From positions 222,786-286,785 of the IMG/VR virus record IMGVR_UViG_3300031787_000001: a stretch of 64,000 nt of DNA; one strand, written 5' to 3'. Both the position numbers and the translations under genes were made by a program. Below are positions 1 to 10,521 of the stretch, in pieces. The first letter of the stretch is position 1. Each line of letters starts with the position of its first letter. Below the pieces are notes generated by a model, which made no database searches, was not told the origin of the DNA, and saw only the letters and a list, made by a program, of their open reading frames with translations.

Positions 1-741
1 CCATTGACCACTTAATTGTCCTGTTGGATAGTTACCTGAGTAGACTCTAAAATTATTTCCGTTCTGTTCGATACGACTCCACCAATTACCATTATAACCA
101 CCGGAATTTCCCGATGGTCTAAATGTCATTCTTGTTATAAAAGAACCTTCATCAGAAATTTCTACAATACCGTCATTTGAATTTCCATACAAAAAACCAT
201 ATCCATAACTAGAACCAATAACAACACCCGCATTTCTTGTTCTTAAATCTATATTTGTAACATTGGAATGTGGTGAATTTGTATACGTTGGTGATATATC
301 GAGACCAATTAAAGTATTTCCAGATATTGATGCCGTCAATGATGGATTAAATATTGTACCTATTGTTGTTGCGGTGGTTACTGTTACCGATGTAATTGAA
401 GGTGAAAAAGTTGTTTGTGGATTAATTGTTAATGTGTACCCACTTGTGGTTGATACCGTTCTGTTTGATTGTAATGTTCCATCAATATTATAAAGATTAT
501 CTACATTAGTTAAATTAGATCCATCACCATATATCGTGTTCCCACTAATGGTAGTTGCGGTAACACCACTTTGAAATAATACATCACCAGTAACTGTTCC
601 ACCACTTAATGGTAAATAATCTGTAATAACCGCTGTTGTTCCTGTCCATACACCCCAATACTCACCTGACCACTGCCATGTTGTACTAGCGAAAGTATAT
701 AAATCTCCGATAACCGGTGAATTTGGAAAATTAATTGCCAT
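1..741 (-). CDS. Tail-fibre-like virion protein (partial, runs off window start)
   Basis: Not in the ORF track. ATG at 741 gives MAINFPNSPVIGDLYTFASTTWQWSGEYW; both ends translate open in this frame. Shares the YLPLSGGTVT..V.FQSG.TATTISG.T.YG module with the 1402-aa protein. Confidence 0.8.
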   Translation of the reverse strand, partial: MAINFPNSPVIGDLYTFASTTWQWSGEYWGVWTGTTAVITDYLPLSGGTVTGDVLFQSGVTATTISGNTIYGDGSNLTNVDNLYNIDGTLQSNRTVSTTSGYTLTINPQTTFSPSITSVTVTTATTIGTIFNPSLTASISGNTLIGLDISPTYTNSPHSNVTNIDLRTRNAGVVIGSSYGYGFLYGNSNDGIVEISDEGSFITRMTFRPSGNSGGYNGNWWSRIEQNGNNFRVYSGNYPTGQLSGQW

Positions 742-775
742 TTATTATAAATATTTTTTTATTCATTTATCTTTA

Positions 776-1015
776 TTAAATTGGTTCTGTTGGTATCAAC
801 CCAGATGAATTTAAATCATCGTACAATTGAATAATTTCATTTTTATTTTGGGTCACCCATTTTCTTCTATCATCACTATAACCAAATTCCATGATCTCCG
901 CTTTAAATTCATTGTATTTGATTACAAATAAATCGGCGAAGGAATTGAAACCAATCATATAGTCAACCCCAAATTGAACTAATTTACCATATTTAATTGC
1001 CAATTCTTCAGTCAT
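776..1015 (-). CDS. Small hypothetical protein (possible fibre chaperone)
   Basis: 79-aa ORF between two fibre-like genes; function inferred from position only. Confidence 0.55.
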   Translation of the reverse strand: MTEELAIKYGKLVQFGVDYMIGFNSFADLFVIKYNEFKAEIMEFGYSDDRRKWVTQNKNEIIQLYDDLNSSGLIPTEPI

Positions 1016-1023
1016 AATTTATA

Positions 1024-4000
1024 TTAATTAAATCTTAAATTTGCTCCGATTACACTTGTTGAACCTCCGGCAAATCTTTCCATTATTATTTCAAATTTTA
1101 TATAATAAACGGGTTGACCCAAATAATTTTTAGGTACATTAACAACAACATCAGAATATTGAAGTGCATAATTTGTACTTGTTTGTGATAAGTACGTCGC
1201 TGGTGCAATTGTATTATATGGAAACTCACCGGCAGTACTTGCAAGTACCGTTCTAACACCGACATTATTTTGAACACCACCAAATTGTTCATGTGTTGTT
1301 ACTCTAAATGAATAAACATAATCTGTTGCCGTTGTGGTATGTGGTAATTTTAATGCAGTTTCTAAATCAAAAGCAACGAACATACCCCTATCAAGTAGTC
1401 CAAAATTTTGTACTCCAGTTCCACCAAAAACTTCATAATTAGGTATACCGTTAAAACCTAATTTAAAACTAACTGGAAGTGTTGATGCGAATTGAGGTAG
1501 TGTACTAGAAGCGAGAACACCATCATTGTTTATTGTAACAACTTTATTGTTTGTATCACCACTTTGTAACCCCTCAATTCTTACTGGATTTTCTGAACCA
1601 ACAATATGTAATTTATTTGTTGGTGATCTTGTTCCAATACCAATACCACCTTTACCTTCTGATAGTTGTATACTAATACCTGATGTTGATGATCCAAAAT
1701 TTATGTCACCCTCGTTTAAGGGATTAATATTTAATGGTGAACAAGAATGTATATTTGAAACATATAAATCATTAACACAATCTCCGGATATACCTATTTG
1801 ATTTACATTAATTGTATTTGCAGTTAAACCACTTAAAACTAAATAATCACCGATTGTGGTAGTACCACCTCCACCACCTCCTATTGTTGCCGGTTGTACC
1901 CATTGTGATGAATTTCCGTCATTTATCCACACATATTCAATACCATTGTTTGTGTTATACCATCTATCACCATTAACTAAAACATAACCCGTTGGTGTTG
2001 ATCCCGAAATAAAATATCTCGATGCGTTTACTAATGTGTTTCCAGTGTTACCTGTTATATCTAAATAAATTCTAAATCCACCTCCAGTATTATACCCTAA
2101 ATAAAGTATATTATATCTATTATCAAAACTACCACCAGAAATCCATTTATCATTTGTTAACCCACTATATGGTGAATAATGTAGAACACCGTTAGAGTCT
2201 ACCGTAACTATATTGTTGTCATTTGATAATTGTAGACCTTGAATTCTAACAGGATCGGTAGAACCTGTAATATGTAATAAATTTGTTGGGGATTCCGTAC
2301 CAATACCAACATTGGTACCGTCATATGTGAATCCTGTACTGCCCGATAATATACCATTATTATTGTATATTACTTGTTTATTAGAACCGACACCATAAAA
2401 TGTTTGACCACTTATAGTTGTTGCGGTGATTCCACTTTGGAATAATACGTCGTCAGTAACCGTTCCACCACTTAATGGTAAGTAGTTTCCTGATATTGTT
2501 ATATCACTTAAATTTTTATATTTTATAATACCATTATTGTCGGATGTTAATATTCTGGTTTCCGTTGTTCCACTTTGTAATCCAACGAATCTAACAGGAT
2601 CGATTGTATCTTCAACATGTAATCTGTTTAAAGGTGTTACGACACCTATACCTATTTTTCCTGTTGTTGTAGGTGAATCACTAGGACTTCCACCAGAAGT
2701 ATCAAAATTAGTATTGATACCAAATAATACACCACCAATATTAATAGAATCCGTGGTTCCATTTGGTAATGTGATAGAATTACCAATAATGATATTATTT
2801 TTTCCTATTTTACTAAACCCAAATCTAGGTGTTCCTACATTAAAACCTATTAATGTTGAATACGATGCGTTGGTTGAATCTTTACCTGCCAAATAACCAA
2901 TAAAATTTGAAAATCTAGCGTAATTAGCATTTGAACCCGCGTTAGTACCTATAAAAGTTGAACCTGACGCATACAATGCACCACTACCCGCTAAATTACC
3001 TATAAAATTTGAATCAAAACCTCTGATTTGTCTATCAAATCCAACAATTGTTTCACCGTTGATATTATATCCCGCATTATACCCTATAAAATTTGAAAAT
3101 CCTGCGTTTTTTGAATTTTGTCCCGCACCAATACCAATAAAATTTGAATTGTTTGAATTTTTTGAATCTGAACCGGCACTTTGTCCAATAAAATTACTTA
3201 GATCACTATCATTAGCCCTAATACCTGATCCATACCCTATAAATGTTGATCTACTTGCACCTGTTGTTTCTCTACCCGCAAAATCACCAAACGAAATTTG
3301 GTCAAAACTTAAAGACTGGGCATTAGGTCCTAATGCAAATGAACCTTGACCAGTACTACCAGTAATGACATATGGTTTCTCGTATGGATAAACTGTAGGT
3401 ATAACATCACTTTCGGCATACCATTTTGGGATACCTTGTAAATTTCTTCCGTCACCATAAAATGTTTGACCACTTATAGTTGTTGCGGATATTGTATTTA
3501 CCTCTAAGTAATTTAAATTAGTGTTTCCACTAACACTTAAATCACCGTTAATAGTTAATCCTGTTAGTTCATTAATAAGTACACTAAACGTAGATCCTGA
3601 ATTATCAAATATTGTAAATTTATTTGAATTGTTATATGTGAATCCAGTCACATATGTGTCACCTGTCACAGAAGATATAATATCCGATAATGATCTATAT
3701 TGAATGGTGTTACCAGTACTTAAACTTAATATTTTTGTGTCAGATGTACTTAAATTAACCGTATCTAATTGAACAGTATTTGAAAATCTACTTGTACCAT
3801 TAACATCAAATTGAAATGTGCCGGGTAAAACATTAACGCCCACTTTACCATTAAATCTCAACAAATCATTTGCGAAATCACCATATATCAATGGTGTTGA
3901 TGAAGTGGTATTTTCAATGTAAAGTAAATTTGATCCCGTTTCGTTTCTACCCGCATTAAGACCAATAAAAACATTATTACTACCAGTTATATTATTAAAA

Positions 4001-5232
4001 CCAGCATTTTTTCCGACAATTGTGTTACCATCTCCAGAAGTCGCATTTTGTCTTGTGTTGGTTCCGATATATACGTTGTTTCTACCTGTAAGTTGATTCA
4101 ATGCTGAACCATTTCCTATAAAAACATTGTCATCACCAAACGTCCCTGTTGTTGCACCAGTAAAATTAATTGCAACAGTATCACCAATTATACTATTAAA
4201 ACTACCTCTAATGAGTTTTGTTAAAGAATTATTACCAAAAACTGTATTTTTAACACCACTAGTGATTCCCGTCATTGAGGTGTTACCAACAACTAAGTTA
4301 GTTCTAACGTTAGATGTTGAAATTCTACCAGCATTTTTACCGATAAATAAATTTGCAAATTCTAATTCCGCGGGATTAGTTATAGATGATCTTATTTCAA
4401 ATAATATATTTCCCGACTCGTCTAATCCATTTAAAAATCTATCATTAATATTAGAAGTTCTTCTTAACGATAACGTATTTCCACTTAAATCAACAATCCT
4501 ATTTGACAATAGATAACCATCGACAGTATATATATTATCTATATTTGTTAAGTTAGATCCGTCACCATATAATGTTCCACCACTTATCGTTGTTGCCGAT
4601 ATTATATTAGAAAATAAAGTATTGAGATTTGTGTCTCCACTAACACTTAAATCACCATTAATGGTCAATCCTGTTAAATCGTTTATTGTAATAACAAACG
4701 AAGAATTGTTATTATCATTAATTGTAAGTGTATTATTTCCATAGGTGACTCCCGTAACAAAAATATTTGGGTCTATTGGAAGATTTTGATAAGTAGTCGC
4801 ACTTATTGTCGTTGCAATAAACCCGCCATTTAATGTGGTGTTACCCGTTATATTTAAATCACCATTAAGATCTAAATCACCATTAATTGTTAATCCTGTT
4901 AGTATGTTAAAAGATGCGGTTAATGTGTATCCCGACCTGTCGACTATTGTAAAAGTATTGTCACTATATGTAAATCCTGTGGTATAACGATCAAAATCGT
5001 ATTCAAAACCACTAACAGTTATCGTGTTACCACTATTGCTAGTTAGTGTTAAGACACCTTGACTAAATGATCCACTATTAAGATACAAATCACTTATTGG
5101 TGTACCTGACAAATATATATTCTCAGAATATATTGCATCTATAGGTCCATCAATTTTACCTATTTGAACCGTGTACCCCGAAGGTACGGTTATGGAGTCA
5201 ATTTGTGACCAATTTATCTTTTGTAATCCCAT
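1024..5232 (-). CDS. Large tail-fibre/adhesin-like virion protein
   Basis: 1402 aa, Gly/Ser/Thr/Asn-rich. Three TG(F/V)TY..N...I...LTGLTINGDL repeats, many FIG..AG beta-helix-type repeats, three GIG...P.N.LH...PVR..GLQ repeats. Confidence 0.8.
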   Translation of the reverse strand: MGLQKINWSQIDSITVPSGYTVQIGKIDGPIDAIYSENIYLSGTPISDLYLNSGSFSQGVLTLTSNSGNTITVSGFEYDFDRYTTGFTYSDNTFTIVDRSGYTLTASFNILTGLTINGDLDLNGDLNITGNTTLNGGFIATTISATTYQNLPIDPNIFVTGVTYGNNTLTINDNNNSSFVITINDLTGLTINGDLSVSGDTNLNTLFSNIISATTISGGTLYGDGSNLTNIDNIYTVDGYLLSNRIVDLSGNTLSLRRTSNINDRFLNGLDESGNILFEIRSSITNPAELEFANLFIGKNAGRISTSNVRTNLVVGNTSMTGITSGVKNTVFGNNSLTKLIRGSFNSIIGDTVAINFTGATTGTFGDDNVFIGNGSALNQLTGRNNVYIGTNTRQNATSGDGNTIVGKNAGFNNITGSNNVFIGLNAGRNETGSNLLYIENTTSSTPLIYGDFANDLLRFNGKVGVNVLPGTFQFDVNGTSRFSNTVQLDTVNLSTSDTKILSLSTGNTIQYRSLSDIISSVTGDTYVTGFTYNNSNKFTIFDNSGSTFSVLINELTGLTINGDLSVSGNTNLNYLEVNTISATTISGQTFYGDGRNLQGIPKWYAESDVIPTVYPYEKPYVITGSTGQGSFALGPNAQSLSFDQISFGDFAGRETTGASRSTFIGYGSGIRANDSDLSNFIGQSAGSDSKNSNNSNFIGIGAGQNSKNAGFSNFIGYNAGYNINGETIVGFDRQIRGFDSNFIGNLAGSGALYASGSTFIGTNAGSNANYARFSNFIGYLAGKDSTNASYSTLIGFNVGTPRFGFSKIGKNNIIIGNSITLPNGTTDSINIGGVLFGINTNFDTSGGSPSDSPTTTGKIGIGVVTPLNRLHVEDTIDPVRFVGLQSGTTETRILTSDNNGIIKYKNLSDITISGNYLPLSGGTVTDDVLFQSGITATTISGQTFYGVGSNKQVIYNNNGILSGSTGFTYDGTNVGIGTESPTNLLHITGSTDPVRIQGLQLSNDNNIVTVDSNGVLHYSPYSGLTNDKWISGGSFDNRYNILYLGYNTGGGFRIYLDITGNTGNTLVNASRYFISGSTPTGYVLVNGDRWYNTNNGIEYVWINDGNSSQWVQPATIGGGGGGTTTIGDYLVLSGLTANTINVNQIGISGDCVNDLYVSNIHSCSPLNINPLNEGDINFGSSTSGISIQLSEGKGGIGIGTRSPTNKLHIVGSENPVRIEGLQSGDTNNKVVTINNDGVLASSTLPQFASTLPVSFKLGFNGIPNYEVFGGTGVQNFGLLDRGMFVAFDLETALKLPHTTTATDYVYSFRVTTHEQFGGVQNNVGVRTVLASTAGEFPYNTIAPATYLSQTSTNYALQYSDVVVNVPKNYLGQPVYYIKFEIIMERFAGGSTSVIGANLRFN

Positions 5233-5280
5233 ATTAAAAGTAAAGTCTTTATATAAATACTTTTATATGGTTTAATTAAT

Positions 5281-5310
5281 AAAAAAAGGAGGTTAAACCT
5301 CCTTTTTTTT
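5281..5310. terminator. Intrinsic terminator, probably bidirectional
   Basis: aaaaaaaggagg-ttaaa-cctcctttttttt, directly downstream of the glutaredoxin gene. Confidence 0.8.
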
Positions 5311-5313
5311 ATT

Positions 5314-5583
5314 TTAGAAATAATTTTTTATTATTTCAACAATTTCATCTTCTGTTTTATAATTTATTGATGGTACATATATATGTCCTGTTTCAGAATT
5401 ATCAGGAGACACTAAAATTGTAGGTAAAAAATCATAATTTGTTAGTTTAACAATTTCATCCCAAACTTCTTTATTTTGTGTTACCTCAACCTCCTTATAT
5501 GATATATTAATTTCATCAAGTCTTTTTTTAAGACTTGAACAATGGTAGCACCCATCAAGAGTAAAAATAACTATTTTATCCAT
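5314..5583 (-). CDS. Glutaredoxin / NrdH-like redoxin
   Basis: IVIFTLDGCYHC active site and cis-Pro motif FLPTI. Confidence 0.85.
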   Translation of the reverse strand: MDKIVIFTLDGCYHCSSLKKRLDEINISYKEVEVTQNKEVWDEIVKLTNYDFLPTILVSPDNSETGHIYVPSINYKTEDEIVEIIKNYF

Positions 5584-5891
5584 TATTTTATTTTATCAAG
5601 AAATTCTTTATAATATGAATCAGGTCTAGCCCCATTTGATCTATCTATTAGATTTGATCCGTCATATATCATAATCGTAGGTACAGAAGTTATTCCTAAC
5701 TCAACTGTAGAATCTCTATTTTGGTCAACATCAACCTTTAAAAATTTAAACTCGGGATATTGTTTTGATAATTCATCTAATCTAGGTGTTAACATCCTGC
5801 AAGGTCCACACCAAGAAGCCGAATAACTAACCAATAATTTATTACCTTCTGATTGTAGTTGTTTAACTACGCTTGAACTTACATTTTCCAT
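5583..5891 (-). CDS. trxA: Thioredoxin
   Basis: ASWCGPC active site, KVDVD, GITSVPT. Confidence 0.92.
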   Translation of the reverse strand: MENVSSSVVKQLQSEGNKLLVSYSASWCGPCRMLTPRLDELSKQYPEFKFLKVDVDQNRDSTVELGITSVPTIMIYDGSNLIDRSNGARPDSYYKEFLDKIK

Positions 5892-5893
5892 AA

Positions 5894-6967
5894 TTAATTT
5901 CTATTAAATCCTATTTTATTTTCTTTTTGTGTTTTAAAAGTTTCAACATCAATATTATATATATCTGCTAATACCATTCCTTCATTTACTTCCACATTTT
6001 TTCCTAATTTTTTTAATAGTTTATTCGTTTCTTCGGAATTTAGGGACCCAAATTTGTGTTCCGCAATCAATCTACCTTTACGCAAAAGAGCGGGGTCGAT
6101 TTTTTCTCTTTTCATATTAAATGTGGCAATTATTTGAATACCTAAACAATCACCCAAAATACCATCTGTTAAATTTAATATGTTCGATACTCCTGCAGGT
6201 GAACCATTACCTTCCCTATCTGAAATTACACGTTCAGCGTCTTCAATTACTAATATTGAGTTTTTATGTTCCATCAAAAATGGAATTATTGATGGTTCAG
6301 ATAGAACTTCCGCCATTGACGGAGGGATAAATAAAATTTCCTTTTCTTTTATTAATTTAGTTAGAAATTTTAAATAAGATGTTTTACCTGTGCCAGGATC
6401 TCCATGTAAAAGGATTATACCTTTATCCATTTCTTTATTTAATCTTTCAACAATTACATCATGTATCTTTGCAAATTTACCACCATAATTTAATTCGAGA
6501 TCGATTTCGGTTGTTGGTAAATCATATTCCTCCAAATCCAAATGACCCATCTCACTTTTGATTAAAGAAATATTTTTCTTCTTCTTAATTCTTTCAAATT
6601 CTTTTAATTTATCGAAATTAAGTTGTTGATCTATCTCGCCATTTCTAAAGTCATATAATATTTCTAATTGGTAATATTCGTCAGCATTATTTGTTTCGTT
6701 TATCATTTTTAAAATGATACCGTTTTTTTTGTTGATGAAAATAAACGACATCACCGTTCTATTTGATTTTCCAAATGTTTGATTTCTTGTTTCAACAAGA
6801 AAACCATTTTCGATTAAATAATTTTTAAGTGAAATATCATATACTTTAGAATAGTTAGAGTACTTTGAGGGTATAACGTCAAATAACGTTATAAAAACTT
6901 GTTCTAATGGGAAATCATTACCATATACAGTATCGTATAAGGGATAATATTTGGATAATTTTGACAT
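5894..6967 (-). CDS. AAA+ ATPase
   Basis: Walker A GDPGTGKT, Walker B LVIEDAE, SRH IDPALLRKGRL. Confidence 0.9.
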   Translation of the reverse strand: MSKLSKYYPLYDTVYGNDFPLEQVFITLFDVIPSKYSNYSKVYDISLKNYLIENGFLVETRNQTFGKSNRTVMSFIFINKKNGIILKMINETNNADEYYQLEILYDFRNGEIDQQLNFDKLKEFERIKKKKNISLIKSEMGHLDLEEYDLPTTEIDLELNYGGKFAKIHDVIVERLNKEMDKGIILLHGDPGTGKTSYLKFLTKLIKEKEILFIPPSMAEVLSEPSIIPFLMEHKNSILVIEDAERVISDREGNGSPAGVSNILNLTDGILGDCLGIQIIATFNMKREKIDPALLRKGRLIAEHKFGSLNSEETNKLLKKLGKNVEVNEGMVLADIYNIDVETFKTQKENKIGFNRN

Positions 6968-6971
6968 ACTA

Positions 6972-6979
6972 CAAATGTA
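6972..6979 (-). promoter_or_regulatory. Bacteroidota-type -7 promoter box (TAnnTTTG)
   Basis: TACATTTG just upstream of the AAA gene. Same pattern at 18792-18799 (TAATTTTG, clpP) and 21184-21191 (TATTTTTG, sbcC). Confidence 0.5.
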
Positions 6980-7003
6980 ATAAAATTAATGAATAAAAAA
7001 AAA

Positions 7004-7303
7004 TTAGTTCAAACATATTTTACCAAAAGTACCGACATCCATAAATAACTTATCTTCTATAGTCTCTTCCTTAAATTCTTTTTTGGTGATATCAACTAAT
7101 TGTAATGTTTTTCTTATTAACTCAAACTGATCTTTTGTTAATATAGGTTCACCATCTTTTTCAAAATTTTTTTGTGATATCTCAGTTAGATATTTAAAAA
7201 ACATTTCCTCATCTATCTCATTTAAAAAATAGTTTCTCGCATCCAAATCTTTATTTAGATAGTTTCTAACATTTTGAACATATATTAAAACTTCAGGTGA
7301 CAT
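7004..7303 (-). CDS. Hypothetical protein
   Basis: 99-aa ORF coupled to nusG (1-nt overlap). Confidence 0.7.
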   Translation of the reverse strand: MSPEVLIYVQNVRNYLNKDLDARNYFLNEIDEEMFFKYLTEISQKNFEKDGEPILTKDQFELIRKTLQLVDITKKEFKEETIEDKLFMDVGTFGKICLN

Positions 7304-7830
7304 TAGTTTTGATTTTTTATTTGATTTACTGATAGTGTTACCGGTGTCGTTCTACCAAAAATCTTAACGTCAACATCTACTTTATCATTTTCTACCGAAG
7401 ATACTGTACCGATAAATCCACTGAATGGACCATCACAAATTGTAACACTCGATCCAATATTCACGGACATTTTTTTATTGTTTTTATGTTCTTCAAGAAG
7501 ATCATCTTTAATGATTTTTTCAACGTCACTCTTTCTCAATAATAAAGGTTTTTTATCTCCCATCATACCCATTATATTTGGTATTGATGATATTTCTTTT
7601 AATTCATCTTCATTCATTTCTTTATTGGCTTCAAAATAAAGATACCCACCATATATCACTTTTTCCCTCAAAACTTTTTTCTCTTTAACCATAACAAATT
7701 CGGTTTCAGTGGGGCAAATAAATCTTTTAATGTTCTTTATATTACCCAAAGAAATCTGCATGTTATACTGTTCGTTTAATTGTCTCTCTTTACCAGGTAA
7801 AACTTTAATTACATACCAAAATGTGTTCAT
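7303..7830 (-). CDS. nusG: Transcription elongation/antitermination factor NusG
   Basis: NGN domain (WYVIKVLPGKE...GYLYFE) plus KOW domain (VTICDGPFSGFIGTV...VKIFGRTTPV). Confidence 0.92.
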   Translation of the reverse strand: MNTFWYVIKVLPGKERQLNEQYNMQISLGNIKNIKRFICPTETEFVMVKEKKVLREKVIYGGYLYFEANKEMNEDELKEISSIPNIMGMMGDKKPLLLRKSDVEKIIKDDLLEEHKNNKKMSVNIGSSVTICDGPFSGFIGTVSSVENDKVDVDVKIFGRTTPVTLSVNQIKNQN

Positions 7831-7847
7831 ACTATATAAATATTTAG

Positions 7848-8690
7848 TTAATAGTTCATTATTAATAATTCAGTACCTTCGTTTTGTGTACCATCTTTTT
7901 TAGCTGCTGCCGCTTTTTTGAAATTTTTACTTTCCCATTTATATTGTGTTTGGGGGAACCATATGTGTAACAATTCAAATTCATAATAAGATAAAGAAAA
8001 TTTACCTTTTATTGTTTTTAGACTATTTGCCAATCTTTCGTGGTCGTTTCTATCAAAATCATGGTTTGAATAATAGTTCTCTGTTTTCCAATAGGGAGGG
8101 TCCATATAAAAATATGTTGTGGGTGAATCATATTTTTTAACAACATCTTCAAAGTCCTTGTTTTCCACAAAAGTTATTTTATCAATATGTTCCCTATATT
8201 TTGGATTTTTTAGTTTGTCCATGAATATCAATACTTTACAACGATATTTTCCCTTGTAATCGGTATAAGATGATGTCTCGGGTTTAGATCCGGAAAAAAC
8301 TTGGGTTAGAACATACACATATTTACATGCAATTTCAAATTTATTTTCTTCTGTTATCACCAGATCAGGACTAAAAACCTCTCTCTGATATTCACTAAAC
8401 ATTTGTGAATATTCCGGTGGTGTGTCCACCACACCCAACTGTTGACAGGGGTATTTGGATAATTCTTCCCAAAGTCTATCGTATTCTTTGGTACAATTAA
8501 ATAAATTGGTATTTAATCTATTAAAATCGTTATATACTACCGTTTTAAGGTTAGGGTAATCTTTTAGATCCATATTATAAAAGACCCAAAACATACCTGA
8601 AAAACCCTCTACGTATGTTTCTATGTCTTTAGGTATAAAAGGTACTATCCATTTCCCTATTCTAGCTTTTCCTCCAATGTATGAAATCAT
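7848..8690 (-). CDS. dam: DNA adenine methyltransferase (D12/Dam class)
   Basis: ISYIGGK N-terminus, YVEGFSG motif I, YND, catalytic DPPY, C-terminal ELLIMNY. Confidence 0.88.
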   Translation of the reverse strand: MISYIGGKARIGKWIVPFIPKDIETYVEGFSGMFWVFYNMDLKDYPNLKTVVYNDFNRLNTNLFNCTKEYDRLWEELSKYPCQQLGVVDTPPEYSQMFSEYQREVFSPDLVITEENKFEIACKYVYVLTQVFSGSKPETSSYTDYKGKYRCKVLIFMDKLKNPKYREHIDKITFVENKDFEDVVKKYDSPTTYFYMDPPYWKTENYYSNHDFDRNDHERLANSLKTIKGKFSLSYYEFELLHIWFPQTQYKWESKNFKKAAAAKKDGTQNEGTELLIMNY

Positions 8691-8785
8691 ATTATGTTTT
8701 TAACTTGTTTAGAATTAAAAATAGATAAAAAAAATTAAAAAACGAAATCGTTTTGAAAATTGTAGAAAAATACTTATATTATAGT

Positions 8786-8938
8786 ATGGCATGTAACGAA
8801 TGTAAAAAGAAAAAAGAAGAAAGAATAAAGAAAGAAAAGGAAATTAGATTTGTGGAAAATTGGGTAATTGTCTTTATGGTTGTTTGGACAGGACTCGCAA
8901 TTTATGGTCTGGTTTCTTTAATTTCAAAACTTTTATGA
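8786..8938 (+). CDS. Small membrane protein with N-terminal CxxC
   Basis: Likely start ATG 8786 (MACNECKKKK); one C-terminal TM helix; TACTTATA upstream. Confidence 0.6.
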   Translation: MACNECKKKKEERIKKEKEIRFVENWVIVFMVVWTGLAIYGLVSLISKLL

Positions 8939-9573
8939 AAAATGGTAAATATTTCATAGTTCTTTTTTGTAACAAAAAAAGAGTTAAAATACTTTATCGT
9001 TGTATGAAAAGAACAACAATATATGAATACTGGAGGGAATTTAGAACTCAGAAAAAACCTCCATTTATAAAGCTACGCGGTAATAAACGAAAATTAGAAT
9101 TAACTTATGAATTGGCACTAATCTTCCCAAATAATAGATGGGCAACAAAAACATATGTTAAAGATAGTTTGGGTAGAAATGTTGAGGCAAAAATTGAAAA
9201 CGATAAATTTAGAATAAAAGAAATGATCCCGTATTGGGAAGAAGAATTGATTTATGATTTTCAAAAGAAAAAAAGAATAAGATATCATCAAATGATGGAT
9301 CAAATCACACCAATAAAAGATATTGCCCAGATCTTCACTTTAAACAACAAAGTATTTGTTCAGATAGAAAATGATGTTATGATGTTTGGTAACAAAAATA
9401 TATCTGATTCCGAAAGATTATTTGAAATAATAAAAGAAGATATATTAAAAAGAAAGATAGGTAATTTTATTTTTGTAAAAGATGTGTCAACACATCAGAG
9501 AAAATTGTTGTATAATTTATTGGAATCTAAAGGATATAAACGTAGTGAATTGTTTAGACATTATTCATATTAA
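8935..9573 (+). CDS. Hypothetical basic protein
   Basis: Likely start 8935 (MKNGKYFIV), with ATGA overlap on the previous stop. Confidence 0.7.
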   Translation: MKNGKYFIVLFCNKKRVKILYRCMKRTTIYEYWREFRTQKKPPFIKLRGNKRKLELTYELALIFPNNRWATKTYVKDSLGRNVEAKIENDKFRIKEMIPYWEEELIYDFQKKKRIRYHQMMDQITPIKDIAQIFTLNNKVFVQIENDVMMFGNKNISDSERLFEIIKEDILKRKIGNFIFVKDVSTHQRKLLYNLLESKGYKRSELFRHYSY

Positions 9574-9787
9574 AAATAATATCAATCGTACCTATACTTA
9601 TTTTAAAAGTATCTTTTGGTTTATCCATTTTCTTATTATATTTTTTTTGTACTAAATCGAATATTCTTTCGAATTCTTCCTTAGATATACCAAATACTAT
9701 TGTTGAAGAATCTGTGTTAGCATTAACTTTTTCAAGTAAGTCAGATATTATTGCCAATTGATTTAAAAAATCACCTTTTTTTTCCAT
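9554..9787 (-). CDS. Hypothetical protein
   Basis: 77-aa ORF in a chain of overlapping genes. Confidence 0.65.
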   Translation of the reverse strand: MEKKGDFLNQLAIISDLLEKVNANTDSSTIVFGISKEEFERIFDLVQKKYNKKMDKPKDTFKISIGTIDIIFNMNNV

Positions 9788-9983
9788 ATCCCAATATTCT
9801 AACTATTTTTTTAAAAAATAAATATTTTTCTTTTGGTTTAGGTTGAAACATTTTTGTTTTATCGAGATTTTTAACCTCATCAATCATCTTCTCCTTGTGT
9901 TTCGCTATCTCCATATTGTCCTTCTCTATCTCCTTCTTCAACCATTCCAATCCCTGTTGTATCCTCTTGTCCATTTTCGTCAA
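9771..9983 (-). CDS. Hypothetical protein
   Basis: 70-aa ORF; the true start may be an internal Met. Confidence 0.6.
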   Translation of the reverse strand: MTKMDKRIQQGLEWLKKEIEKDNMEIAKHKEKMIDEVKNLDKTKMFQPKPKEKYLFFKKIVRILGYGKKR

Positions 9984-10335
9984 TTAATTTAATATCTTTT
10001 AATTTATCCAATGACTGATTTTGAAATAAAATTTTCAATTCATTAACTTTCTCTTCAAATAATTTTCTTTTTTCTTCCTCTTCTTTATTAACTAAAATAA
10101 TTTCATTGGCACATCCAATAACAATATCGTAACCTTCTTGTGTTGCAACTGAAAATATCGAAATGAGATTAAACTTATCATTCTTATCTTGTACTTTAAA
10201 TTTAATTGACCTATATGGTGCAATTATATGTTCATATTTCCAAGATGTTGGTAGTTTAATATCTAAACTAACACTGTTATCAACTTCTCTTAATGAGAAA
10301 AAATAAGGTTTAAGTGATTTTATAATTTCGTACAT
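9880..10335 (-). CDS. Hypothetical protein
   Basis: 151 aa with coiled-coil and acidic tail overlapping the next gene. Confidence 0.7.
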   Translation of the reverse strand: MYEIIKSLKPYFFSLREVDNSVSLDIKLPTSWKYEHIIAPYRSIKFKVQDKNDKFNLISIFSVATQEGYDIVIGCANEIILVNKEEEEKRKLFEEKVNELKILFQNQSLDKLKDIKLIDENGQEDTTGIGMVEEGDREGQYGDSETQGEDD

Positions 10336-10341
10336 ATGTTC

Positions 10342-10521
10342 TTAAATAAAGAAATAAGTTATAATATAGGAAATGGCAAAATATAAAAAAATTTGATTAT
10401 TTTTTGATATCACCAAAACAGAAGGATTCTCTTCAAATAATTTAAAGATAAATTCTATAACAAATCTTGATGTATATATTATACTCAAAATGAATAAAAA
10501 TATTTTAATTTCCGACATCAT
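10342..10521 (-). CDS. Small two-TM membrane protein
   Basis: Likely start MMSEIK at 10521; two hydrophobic helices. Confidence 0.6.
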   Translation of the reverse strand: MMSEIKIFLFILSIIYTSRFVIEFIFKLFEENPSVLVISKNNQIFLYFAISYIITYFFI

